NCBI GenBank assembly: GCA_015523295.1
Contig: WAKQ01000002.1
Location: forward strand, 3,424-67,423
DNA: 64,000 nt
Direction of reading: 5' to 3'
DNA from: Desulfurococcales archaeon
GTDB lineage: Archaea > Thermoproteota > Thermoprotei_A > Sulfolobales > NBVN01
Shown here: positions 41,163 through 50,761 of the stretch, piece after piece
How positions within the stretch are numbered: the first letter of the stretch is position 1
How the letters are laid out: each line of letters starts with the position of its first letter
Made by a program: the position numbers and the translations under genes
Notes under the pieces: model-generated
What the model saw: the letters and a program-made list of their open reading frames with translations, nothing else
Told to the model about the DNA's origin: nothing
The model's database searches: none

Positions 41163-42159
41163 ATATAAAGAACGTGAAATCCCGGACTCCGTCGTCAAGA
41201 TACGTGAAGACATTAGAACTATGGTGATCAGAGGCGCTGGAAAAATTGCTAGGGCTGGAGCGAAGGCTCTCGCACAGGCTGCTCAAGCATATAGCGGTTT
41301 CAGCTTAGATGACTTTCTCAACTATATGGAGGCTGTGGCCGAGTATGTAAGGTCAGCTAGGCCAACGGCAGTGTCCCTGCCAAATGCAGTGTCCTACGTC
41401 ATGATCAGACTTAAGAGGCTCCATCCTTCAAGCCTCGAAGAAGCGAGGACAGCTGTAATTAAGGCCGCTGAGGAGTTCATCGAGTACTCGATTAACTCGG
41501 TGAAGATAATTGGAGAGTTAGGAGCCCGAAGGATCTCGAATGGCGATGTCATCATGACACACTGTCATAGTACTGTGGCGGTCTCAGTAATAGCAACAGC
41601 TCATAAACAAGGAAAGGTTCATAAGGTATATGTTAAGGAAACGAGGCCTAAGATGCAGGGATTAATAACTGCAAAAGCATTGTCCGATGAAGGCCTCGAT
41701 GTTATACTGATCCCAGATTCCTCAGTGAGATACTTCATGAAAAGAGTGAATAAAGTAGTTGTTGGTGCTGATACTATAGCTGCTAATGGAGCGGTTATTA
41801 ATAAGATAGGCACTTCCCTTGTAGCGCTAGCAGCTAAGGAGGCGAGAGTCAGAACCTATGTAGCTGCAGAGACATATAAGTTCAGCCCTCTAACAGTAAT
41901 AGGCGAGTTAGTACCGATAGAGGTGAGAGAGCCGACAGAGATAGTAGACGAGGCTTGGCTGAAGGAAAATCCGAATGTGAAGGTATACAATCCAGTCTTC
42001 GATGTCACCCCGCCAGAATATGTAGACGCAATAATCACTGAGAAAGGAGTAATCCCTCCGCAAGCAGCAATCCTCATCCTCATGGAAGAATACGGGTTAA
42101 ACGTATCAGACATACTAACCCAGTTTAATGAGGTGAAGGAAGAGGAACTAGGGGAGTAG
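41152..42159 (+). CDS. ribose-1,5-bisphosphate isomerase
   Basis: IRGAG, RPTAVSL, THCHS, ETRP, GAD, NKIGT and FDVTP motifs. Confidence 0.9.
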   Translation: MPVKYKEREIPDSVVKIREDIRTMVIRGAGKIARAGAKALAQAAQAYSGFSLDDFLNYMEAVAEYVRSARPTAVSLPNAVSYVMIRLKRLHPSSLEEARTAVIKAAEEFIEYSINSVKIIGELGARRISNGDVIMTHCHSTVAVSVIATAHKQGKVHKVYVKETRPKMQGLITAKALSDEGLDVILIPDSSVRYFMKRVNKVVVGADTIAANGAVINKIGTSLVALAAKEARVRTYVAAETYKFSPLTVIGELVPIEVREPTEIVDEAWLKENPNVKVYNPVFDVTPPEYVDAIITEKGVIPPQAAILILMEEYGLNVSDILTQFNEVKEEELGE

Positions 42160-43134
42160 GTAAGCCTTAACTCCGAGTTTCTTCGTTAGGTAGTTAGTGA
42201 AAAGCTCTCCATCAGTGCTTCTTTTAGAATTAACTACAACCGCCTTAGGCCTAGCTAATTGAATGTAGGTAATTAAACCTTGGAAGTCTGAGTGATCGCT
42301 GAAGGCTACGAGCCACCAATGATGACCCAGTCTTCTAAGAGGGCTTCTAAACTCCCATCCACTGAGTTTTATATGATTACCTACTCCATTCTCCCTGTTC
42401 TTGAAGAAATGTGTGAAGAATATATACCATCCGTCTTTAATGATGGCATCAGCTTCAGGCGACGATTCCTGATGATAATCGCCGATCTTAAACCCATGCT
42501 TCTCTAATGCTTTTGTCAATGCATACTGCTTGTAATCCATAATGAAGGGAGCATCTATCCCCTCCTTCCTTAGAAGCATCATAACCTCCTGTGTCTTGCC
42601 GTAATACCCGTGGATCCAGACAGGGCCCTTCGATAGAAGCTCCTTAACCAGATCCACGAGCACGATGTCTATATAGTCATCGAATACTCTTCTGAAGGAA
42701 GGATTCCCATAAACAGCATCTGTAACGACAATGTCAGCGTTAACTACTGGCGTGTAAGTTCCAGGCTTCTTAAAATCACTTGTATACACAATCCTTAAAC
42801 CCTCATCGTCTTCACATACTACCTGCGCTGTGCCAGGGATATGATAAGCTTTGACAAGCAATACTTCTCCACAACCTAGTCTAATCCTCTCTCCATATCT
42901 CAACGGATGAAGAATTGATTCATTTATCCTGTACCCTAATAGGTTAAGCCATTCTAGAGTTACCGGAGTGCCGATGATCTTCGTCGCCTTCCTTGCTGAC
43001 CTTCCAAGGTATTTTGTGTGATCGGAGTGAACGTGAGAGACCACTCTAACGAGACCGTCTTCATGTCCGTCGATCACTAAGGAATCTCTAATCACTATGC
43101 CTCCGTGAGGGTTTATTCTGAGGATATTATCCAT
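42148..43134 (-). CDS. MBL-fold (beta-CASP-like) nuclease
   Basis: SHVHSDH, HIPGT, YTSDF and FSDHSDF motifs. Confidence 0.85.
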   Translation of the reverse strand: MDNILRINPHGGIVIRDSLVIDGHEDGLVRVVSHVHSDHTKYLGRSARKATKIIGTPVTLEWLNLLGYRINESILHPLRYGERIRLGCGEVLLVKAYHIPGTAQVVCEDDEGLRIVYTSDFKKPGTYTPVVNADIVVTDAVYGNPSFRRVFDDYIDIVLVDLVKELLSKGPVWIHGYYGKTQEVMMLLRKEGIDAPFIMDYKQYALTKALEKHGFKIGDYHQESSPEADAIIKDGWYIFFTHFFKNRENGVGNHIKLSGWEFRSPLRRLGHHWWLVAFSDHSDFQGLITYIQLARPKAVVVNSKRSTDGELFTNYLTKKLGVKAYLLP

Positions 43135-43203
43135 GAGGATTCCTCTAACAGGATATTCATATACAGTTTTAGAAAAACATTGCCTTAGCAGATAAGGAAA
43201 TAT

Positions 43204-44478
43204 TTAGGGTTCAAGCCCATACCTTTCTTTTAATACAGTTGTAAATTCGTCTAGGTCTGCATTGATTATGGGAGCATCCCCAGCAACCTCTTTCACTATA
43301 TCTGGATCTTTTAACCCATGTCCAGTCACGAGAACAACAACCTCATCATCTCTACCTACTTTGCCTTCACTTATCGCTTGCATCAAGCCCGCAAGACCCG
43401 CAGCACCTGAGGGTTCAGCAAACACGCCCTCGTAGCTTGCCAGATACTTCATCGCCTTAAGGATTAGCGAGTCGCTCACTTCCTCTGCATCCCCTTTCGA
43501 TTCTTTCAACGCTGTAATGCCTCCGTCTCCATCCCATGGATATGGATCCTCAAGACCCCATGCTATAGTATGGGGTTTTGGCCAAGGCCTTATATTAAAG
43601 GGATCTTGACCCTCCTTGAAAGCCCGTACGAATGGAGGATTACCCGAAGATTGTACAGCAACTAACTTTGGAAGATGGTCTATGAGCCCCAACTGAACGT
43701 AATCCCTAAATCCTTTCCATACACCGGTGAGGAGCGATGCAGCACCTACAGGTACGAACACCCAATCAGGAACCTTCCAATTCAACTGCTCAACAATTTC
43801 ATAGGAGATCGTTTTAGGGCCCTCAATCTGATACGGGTTGAAAGGCCCAAAGCTTGGAGAAGGATAGAACCCGTATCTCTCGTAGGTTAGTCGCATAAGT
43901 TTTACGGTTGGATCTTCCTCACCCAACCCTCTGACCTTAAATACCTTTGCACCATAAAATAAGAGCTGAGCTATTTTTCCATAGCCAGCCTGCTCTATAA
44001 CGAATGCATAGACGTTCATGCCTGCTTTAGCGGCATATGCCGCTAAAGCAGCTGCTGCATTCCCAGATGATGCCGTGGTAAGGTTTTTGAAACCGAATTC
44101 CTTAGCAACACTCACCGAGACAGACATACCCCTATCTTTAAATGAACCTGTCGGATTCCTGGTCTCATCCTTTAGCCATATACGCTTGACGCCTAATTCT
44201 CTAGCAAGTCTCTCTGCTTTGATTAGAGGGGTTCCACCTTCACCTAGAGTTACTATATTATCCTCCATTTTAGGAGGGAGGAGATCAAAGAACTTCCACT
44301 GGGACCTCAGGGGGTTTTTCTCTACATACTCTTTTGTATAGAATTCCTTCAGCTTCTCATAATCGTAGTATATGTCAAGCCTGCCTAAGTCATTTTGGGA
44401 ACATGTCAGGGGTTTATCCTCGTAGCGGTAGGTCTTACCACATCTTGAACATTTAAGGTAGGCTATATATTTGCTCAA
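43204..44478 (-). CDS. threonine-synthase-like PLP enzyme
   Basis: NPTGSFKDRG, ASSGN, EPSGA and TGHGLK motifs; function in this context uncertain. Confidence 0.85.
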   Translation of the reverse strand: MSKYIAYLKCSRCGKTYRYEDKPLTCSQNDLGRLDIYYDYEKLKEFYTKEYVEKNPLRSQWKFFDLLPPKMEDNIVTLGEGGTPLIKAERLARELGVKRIWLKDETRNPTGSFKDRGMSVSVSVAKEFGFKNLTTASSGNAAAALAAYAAKAGMNVYAFVIEQAGYGKIAQLLFYGAKVFKVRGLGEEDPTVKLMRLTYERYGFYPSPSFGPFNPYQIEGPKTISYEIVEQLNWKVPDWVFVPVGAASLLTGVWKGFRDYVQLGLIDHLPKLVAVQSSGNPPFVRAFKEGQDPFNIRPWPKPHTIAWGLEDPYPWDGDGGITALKESKGDAEEVSDSLILKAMKYLASYEGVFAEPSGAAGLAGLMQAISEGKVGRDDEVVVLVTGHGLKDPDIVKEVAGDAPIINADLDEFTTVLKERYGLEP

Positions 44479-44584
44479 ACGGTCACACCTATTCCTTGAT
44501 TTGCGCTAACTTTATATAAGGAAGTATTAACGTGGTTTAATTAATAAATAATTGTATGGATTATAATTAAAAGCGTTTAATGCC

Positions 44585-45832
44585 TCAGGCCTTGGGCCAG
44601 TAGTCTTCCGGGAACCTTATCGCCTTTGTAGGACATACTGTTGTACATAGGCCGCAACCGTAGCATTTCGATGTATCCACCAATGCTGCTCTTACCTTAC
44701 CTTTATCAACTACATGAACTGCGTCATAATCGCATGACTGCTCACATAAACCACATGCTATGCACTTTGAGTCGTCAACAACCGGGTTTTTGATCTCATA
44801 CCAACCTGCTGGATCTAGGGTTAGGTACTTAAGAGACTTGCCCTTGACATCTTCAATGCTTGAGTAGCCATGATCTTTAAGCCATTTAGCAACACCCTCA
44901 GCCAACCTCTTAAATACCTGCGGCCCTTCAACTATTGCTTGAGTACACACCTGAACTGCTGAAGCGCCGGCCATCACATACTCAATCACATCTTCAGGTG
45001 TTGATACCCCTCCAACACCTATAATAGGTAATCTTGTCACCTTGGCAATTTCTGCGACTATAGCAACTCCTAAGGGCTTAATTGCAGGTCCTGAAAGCCA
45101 TCCATGCCCGAAGGGACCTCCCATAACGGGTCTGCCTGTTTCTATATCTATATGGAGTGCCGGTCCTACTGTATTTATAGCGACTATACCGTTCACTCCA
45201 GCCTTCTCCAACTCCTTAACTAAGTCGGTTAGACCCCAAATATGGGGGCTTAGCTTGGGGAATATCGGGACATCCACAGCCTCTCTTAAGGCTTTAGCAG
45301 ACTCAACGACAGGCGTGTAATCGTGTCCGAGGTAGTGGGTCGAGAATTCAACTGCATGGGCACCTGCCTTAACCGCTTTAGGGCCTAACTCCCTCAGTTC
45401 ATGTGCCTTATAACCTATACTCGCAATCAGCGGTATCCCATGCTTATCTGCTACCTTCCTAGCGTAGGGCAGCTCCTTGTTGAACCATTGTTCAGGAGGT
45501 AGATCTGTCCAAAGCTCAGCATTCAGGAAGCCATAGTAAGCCCCTCTTACCTTTGCCAACTTAGTGATCAACCTACCTTCTTTATACTGCGGAACTATCA
45601 GTTCTATGTTGCCGTTGTTAAGGACTCCCATATGCGGTCTTGGAACCTTAGCAGCAACGACTCCTATAGTTTTGCTCACCAACCCTCCTACACCGTTCTC
45701 CGCGAGTCTCTCCATAGCCTCTCCATCCCTGGATATCGGGCATGCAGAGTTGAGGATAGGGTTCCTGAATTTTAACCCAGCTATTTCTACCGTTATATCT
45801 ATACCCATATAACTCACCTCTACAAAATTCAT
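44585..45832 (-). CDS. PreA/dihydroorotate-dehydrogenase-like flavoprotein with 2x[4Fe-4S] domain
   Basis: KLSP, INT, LSGPAIKP and GVGGV motifs; CIACGLCEQSC and CYGCGLCTTVCP; likely start at MGIDI. Confidence 0.88.
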   Translation of the reverse strand: MNFVEVSYMGIDITVEIAGLKFRNPILNSACPISRDGEAMERLAENGVGGLVSKTIGVVAAKVPRPHMGVLNNGNIELIVPQYKEGRLITKLAKVRGAYYGFLNAELWTDLPPEQWFNKELPYARKVADKHGIPLIASIGYKAHELRELGPKAVKAGAHAVEFSTHYLGHDYTPVVESAKALREAVDVPIFPKLSPHIWGLTDLVKELEKAGVNGIVAINTVGPALHIDIETGRPVMGGPFGHGWLSGPAIKPLGVAIVAEIAKVTRLPIIGVGGVSTPEDVIEYVMAGASAVQVCTQAIVEGPQVFKRLAEGVAKWLKDHGYSSIEDVKGKSLKYLTLDPAGWYEIKNPVVDDSKCIACGLCEQSCDYDAVHVVDKGKVRAALVDTSKCYGCGLCTTVCPTKAIRFPEDYWPKA

Positions 45833-47217
45833 GGCTTAAGGTACTCGATCTTATACTTAGGCTCCATGCTTATCATCCTGTCCCATAATTTATCAATCAC
45901 CTTATGAGCGTACTCCATTACCTTCTCCGTATCAACATTCACAAGCTTCCTTTCTTTGACAACCCACGATCCATTCACTAAGACACCCCATACGTCATTA
46001 CCTGTGAAAGTGTTTACTAGATGCCCGTATACTGTCCGCTCGTCCAGTGGGGTATGCACAAACTCAGGAGATATTATGGTGATGTCAGCATCCTTCCCTA
46101 CCTCGATTGAGCCTACTCTATCATCAATACCTAATACCCTCGCTGCATCAGAGGTGGCCATTTCAACAATTTTAACCACGTCAGTCACTCTAGGGTCTTT
46201 CTGGGCTACTTTATGTATTAAATAAGCTGACCTCATATTATCGAATACGTCCATCACATACCCATCATTGCCTAAACCTACTGTCAGACCCATCTCCCAC
46301 ATTTTAGGAACGGGAGGCACGCCAACACCGTTTATCATGTTGCTCATCGGGTTATGCGCTATCTTGACATCATGCTGCTTTAACAGTTTAAGTTCATCAT
46401 CTATGGCTTGAACCACATGAACCGCAATAAGCTTAGGTGATAGAAAACCTATATCGTTCATTCTTTCAATAGGCCTCTTACCATATCTCTCTATACTGTG
46501 ATACACGTCGATTAGCCCTTCTTCGACATGCAGGGCATAAATCGTGCCATATTTTTCGGCGAGTTCCTTAGTCTTAATGAGAATATCATCCGTTACAGTG
46601 AAGGATGCGTGAACTGTGAAGATCCCCTTAACCTTACTGTTTGGGTCACTCCAAGACTTCTTCACAAACCTTTCATTTTCTTTCAGTCCTTGATAACCTT
46701 CTTCAATACTTCTTCTCTGCGTAACTGAGAAACCGGAGAAACCTTTTATCCCTACTTCCTCAGCGGCCTTAGCAATATAATCTAGAGAGTTCTCTACAGC
46801 GTTAGGTGCGTCGAGAAGATCCTTAAAGAACGTTGTTCCTGTACGCGCGAGCATTATGGAGCCAAGCAACGCACTTATATATATATCCTCGTAAGTAAGT
46901 GACTCATCCAGCGCCCACCATATTCTCTGGAGATTCTGCTGAAAATCTGAGGGCGGCTCTATGTGGGCAAACCAAGGAGAGCCTGTCAGGAGTATTCCGT
47001 AGAGGTGTGTATGAACGCAAATGAATCCCGGAGTTACAACTCCATGCTTTACTCTCACCACTTCCTCTGCTTTGTACCTAAGAGTGCCATCTCCTGAACC
47101 CACATCAACTATTTTTCCATCTCTAATTGCTACATAGCCTCTTGGTATGACCGCCTTTGACTTATCCATAGTGACTATGAGGGAGTTATTTATGAGAGTA
47201 TCAACTTTCTCAGTCAT
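45829..47217 (-). CDS. SsnA-like amidohydrolase
   Basis: HTHLYG, WWALD, HASFT, HVEE, HNPMSN and GLGND motifs. Confidence 0.88.
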   Translation of the reverse strand: MTEKVDTLINNSLIVTMDKSKAVIPRGYVAIRDGKIVDVGSGDGTLRYKAEEVVRVKHGVVTPGFICVHTHLYGILLTGSPWFAHIEPPSDFQQNLQRIWWALDESLTYEDIYISALLGSIMLARTGTTFFKDLLDAPNAVENSLDYIAKAAEEVGIKGFSGFSVTQRRSIEEGYQGLKENERFVKKSWSDPNSKVKGIFTVHASFTVTDDILIKTKELAEKYGTIYALHVEEGLIDVYHSIERYGKRPIERMNDIGFLSPKLIAVHVVQAIDDELKLLKQHDVKIAHNPMSNMINGVGVPPVPKMWEMGLTVGLGNDGYVMDVFDNMRSAYLIHKVAQKDPRVTDVVKIVEMATSDAARVLGIDDRVGSIEVGKDADITIISPEFVHTPLDERTVYGHLVNTFTGNDVWGVLVNGSWVVKERKLVNVDTEKVMEYAHKVIDKLWDRMISMEPKYKIEYLKP

Positions 47218-47333
47218 GTAAACATCCCTTATAACTTCGCTTACGTAGGGTTTTAAGTATGTGTTAATTAGGATCTGATAAAGTAGATTTAAAGAACTAC
47301 TTATGCAATCAGAATAAAAATAATGAGAGAGAT

Positions 47334-48317
47334 TTAATCAGGAACTATCATAGTTCCTGATTCTCCTTTAATTACTTCGTACCCGTTCTTTAGATGGCCT
47401 ATTAAGGCCTTCTTCCCTCCATGTTTTATGAATCTGATGGCAGCCAACACCTTAGGACCCATGCTGCCAGCCTTAAAGTGACCTTCCTTATAGTATTTCT
47501 CCATCTCAGATACCGTTACTACATCTAGCTTCTTTTGATCAGGCTTCCCGAAGTTCAGGTAAGCGCCATCAACGTCAGTTAAGATTACGAAGGTACCAAC
47601 CTCCAGGTTAGTTGCCAGCACCTCACCTGCCAAATCCTTGTCAATGACTGCCTCCACACCCTTTAGAGTTCCGTCACTCTCTTGGATTACAGGGATACCC
47701 CCGCCACCTGAAGCGATAACTATCCATCCCTCGCTTATAAGTTTCTTCACAGCACCTACCTCAACGTTAGCCTTGGGATCTGGAGAGGGGACAACCCTCC
47801 TGTACCCTCCTCTAGGATCTTTCTTAATTACCCAACCTTTTTCAGCGGCCAGCTTCTTAGCTTCCTCTTCATCGTAGTAGCTTCCAACGTACTTTGTTGG
47901 ATTCTGCCATGCAGGGTCATCCTTGCTTACTAAAACCTGATTGACTATAGCAACAACGCCTTTTACAGAGTCCTTAACACCCTCCTTAATCAGCGTATTA
48001 TGTATTGATTGCATGAGGAGATAGCCTAGCCATCCCTGAGTCATCGCTCCGGCTATGTCCATGGCCAGTGGCGGAATCCTGTCCTTCGATCTCTCCATCC
48101 ACTCCAGGATAACACCGACTTGAGGTCCGTTGCCGTGTGTGATGGCAACTTTATATCCTTCCTTAACTATCTTGACTATCGTGTCAGCAGCCCTGTAGGC
48201 GTTCTTCCAGTAGTTCTCCGTTGTCCCGATCTCGCCTTTGGTTTGGAATGCGTTTCCTCCTAGTGCAAGAAGGATGTATTTCTCGTTCCTCGCCATTATT
48301 TGCAACACCTTAGGCAT
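47334..48317 (-). CDS. arcC: carbamate kinase
   Basis: ALGGNA, THGNGPQVG, RRVVPSP, EAVIDKD and GSMGPK motifs. Confidence 0.97.
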   Translation of the reverse strand: MPKVLQIMARNEKYILLALGGNAFQTKGEIGTTENYWKNAYRAADTIVKIVKEGYKVAITHGNGPQVGVILEWMERSKDRIPPLAMDIAGAMTQGWLGYLLMQSIHNTLIKEGVKDSVKGVVAIVNQVLVSKDDPAWQNPTKYVGSYYDEEEAKKLAAEKGWVIKKDPRGGYRRVVPSPDPKANVEVGAVKKLISEGWIVIASGGGGIPVIQESDGTLKGVEAVIDKDLAGEVLATNLEVGTFVILTDVDGAYLNFGKPDQKKLDVVTVSEMEKYYKEGHFKAGSMGPKVLAAIRFIKHGGKKALIGHLKNGYEVIKGESGTMIVPD

Positions 48318-48346
48318 TCATCGGCATGACCTATTAAGTTTAATGC

Positions 48347-49417
48347 TTACTCGTACCTGCTTCCCATAACCATGGCCATAACGGCCTTTTGCACGTGAAG
48401 CCTGTTCTCAGCTTCCTCGAAGTATAATGACTTCTCATAGGTGTCAAGAACCTCATCAGTGACCTCCATGCCGCGGTCTGCAGGGCCACAGTGCATATAG
48501 TAGGGCTTACCTGCCTCTTCAAGGAGATCCATAGTCACTATCCAGTCCTTGAACTTGTCCTGATAGGCTTTGGCATCCTCCTTGTGAACCTGCCCGTCAG
48601 CACTGTAGGGCGGGAAGAAGCCCTTAGGGCTCCATGCCTTTGGATAGACGAAGGCAGCGCCCTCAAACGCCTCCTTCATGTCATAGCTCACAGTGAATGA
48701 GCCACCGTAAAGATCTGCAAACTCCTTACCCTTCTTTATGACCTCATCCTGTAGCTCGAAGCCCTTAGGATGAGCCACTACTACCTCAGCGCCCATCATA
48801 GCAGCAATTAACGCTACGCTCTGAGGCACTGCCAGCGGCTTAAGACCGCCCGAGTAAGCATATGACACTACAAACTTCTTACCCCTCAGGTTAGGCATTA
48901 CGTCAAGAGCTGCCTTAATGTCGGCCAAGGCCTGGAAAGGATGGTAAATGTCGTCCTCCATGTTAAGGACTGGAATTGATGACCACTTGGCAAACTCCTC
49001 AATAATCCTATGACCCCTGCCGATAATCCACTTAGCAGCATCTCCGTAGATTCTTATAGCTATACCGTTTCCATACCTGCTTAACACCCTAGCCACATCC
49101 CTGATGGCTTCAGTCTTGTAAGCAACCATATCCTCAGGGAGAGTCGGCGTGTACACGTCGTTAGGGCTTAAGAAGTTAGCATGGCCTCCGAGCTGGAAAA
49201 TTCCAGATTCGAAGCTGTTTCTAGTCCTCAAAGACCTGTTATAGAATAGCAGGAATAGGGTTTGACCGGGTAGGTAGTGAGTAGGAACTTTAGACTTAAA
49301 TTTACGCTCTAGATCTCTTGCTGCCTCAACTATCTTCTTGATGTCTTCCTGGGTCCTGTTTATGTTTGTCAAGTAATGCTGTCCTTCCCAAATACCTACA
49401 TACCAGGGCTTGCCCAT
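48347..49417 (-). CDS. carbamoyltransferase (YgeW/AOTCase-like)
   Basis: SLRTR, HPFQALAD, YPKAW and HCGP motifs; no SMG motif. Confidence 0.88.
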   Translation of the reverse strand: MGKPWYVGIWEGQHYLTNINRTQEDIKKIVEAARDLERKFKSKVPTHYLPGQTLFLLFYNRSLRTRNSFESGIFQLGGHANFLSPNDVYTPTLPEDMVAYKTEAIRDVARVLSRYGNGIAIRIYGDAAKWIIGRGHRIIEEFAKWSSIPVLNMEDDIYHPFQALADIKAALDVMPNLRGKKFVVSYAYSGGLKPLAVPQSVALIAAMMGAEVVVAHPKGFELQDEVIKKGKEFADLYGGSFTVSYDMKEAFEGAAFVYPKAWSPKGFFPPYSADGQVHKEDAKAYQDKFKDWIVTMDLLEEAGKPYYMHCGPADRGMEVTDEVLDTYEKSLYFEEAENRLHVQKAVMAMVMGSRYE

Positions 49418-49633
49418 GGATGTTTACCTCAAACCTAACACTCAATAATTTAATAAAATATATTTGCTTATTGCACTTAGTTAAATGCTTTTCCGGTTAG
49501 ATAGGGGTAGTACATGATGTATTAATTGGATTTAATTAATTTTTTAAGTGCCTGAAGCAGAGGTTCCTAATAACGATCCTCTTAAAAAGTGGTTGAGTAA
49601 GAACTTAGTTAAACCTAGTTTATTTTAATTTAT

Positions 49634-50683
49634 TTATCTAATATTTGCCATTGTAAGAGCCAGGACTGCTGCCTTGGTCCACAAGCCGTTCTCAGCCTGC
49701 TCGTACAGTACCGATCTAGGGCTGTCAACTACCTCGTCGTCAGCTTCATATCCCCTCATTATTGGCATGACATGCATCAGCACCCCTGACTTGTCCATAA
49801 GATCCATCAATTCAGAAGTTACTTTCCAGTCCTTGAATTTCTCATAGGTTTTCAACTCCTCATCACCAAACTTGCTATAACCTAACTCCTGCAACTGCAT
49901 CGATGCCCAATTTCTGGGGAAGACTGCGTGAGCACCCCTCAACGCCTCCCTGTAATCATTAGTGAACTCCAGATGTGAACCGTTTGCTTCTGCATTCTTC
50001 TTAGCCCACTCAACAATGTCAGGGTACAGGTCAAAGCCCGGTGGGTATGCTACTGTGACATCAACGCCTAGCCTTGTGAAGAGCAATAGATCCTCATTAA
50101 CGCTGCAAGGACCTCTAACATGGGGTGAGTACGCCCACATAATAACATACTTCTTGCCTTTCGGGTTAGGGAAGACCTCATTGAACGTCATGTAGTCGGC
50201 AAGGGCCTGAGTAGGGTGGAACTGATCATCAGCCATATTAATAACAGGTATTTTCGTGTGCTTGGCGGCCTCCCTGATTAGCTGGTTACCCACACCGTGT
50301 TTAAAGTCTATGGCCTTATCAAGAATCCTAATTCCTAAGCCATGACCATATCTATCATAAACTGCTACTATGTCTTTTACTGCTTCCCCTTCACCAGCCC
50401 TAGTCTGCCTCGATTCAATGAATTGTGCATGACCACCTAAATACGTCATTGCCGCCTCGAAGGCCGCTCTAGTCCTAGTGGATGTAGCAAAGAACAGCAT
50501 GAAGAACGTCTTCCTATCTAAGAGTTTAGGCAGCTTTTCCATCCCAAAGTAATGGTAATTCCATTTCAACTCCTTGGCTAGCCCTAATGCTATTCTAAGC
50601 TCCTCAACATCCCATTCCTGTGTAGTTATTAGATCCTTACCTGTTAGGTCAGCTATGAAGTTTCTCATACTGGATGCACCCAT
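49634..50683 (-). CDS. carbamoyltransferase (atypical OTCase family)
   Basis: STRTR, HPTQALAD, FPRNW and HVMP motifs; no SMG motif. Confidence 0.88.
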   Translation of the reverse strand: MGASSMRNFIADLTGKDLITTQEWDVEELRIALGLAKELKWNYHYFGMEKLPKLLDRKTFFMLFFATSTRTRAAFEAAMTYLGGHAQFIESRQTRAGEGEAVKDIVAVYDRYGHGLGIRILDKAIDFKHGVGNQLIREAAKHTKIPVINMADDQFHPTQALADYMTFNEVFPNPKGKKYVIMWAYSPHVRGPCSVNEDLLLFTRLGVDVTVAYPPGFDLYPDIVEWAKKNAEANGSHLEFTNDYREALRGAHAVFPRNWASMQLQELGYSKFGDEELKTYEKFKDWKVTSELMDLMDKSGVLMHVMPIMRGYEADDEVVDSPRSVLYEQAENGLWTKAAVLALTMANIR

Positions 50684-50761
50684 AGTTAAAAAGGGGGCAA
50701 CGCTATAATACTTTAATTAACACTAAGGTGAAGACTACAACCAACGTCTCAGCCCTTAAAG

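Noticed and set aside
47334-50683. Arginine deiminase pathway
   Set aside because: No arginine deiminase in the window, and both transferases lack the OTCase SMG and HCLP motifs
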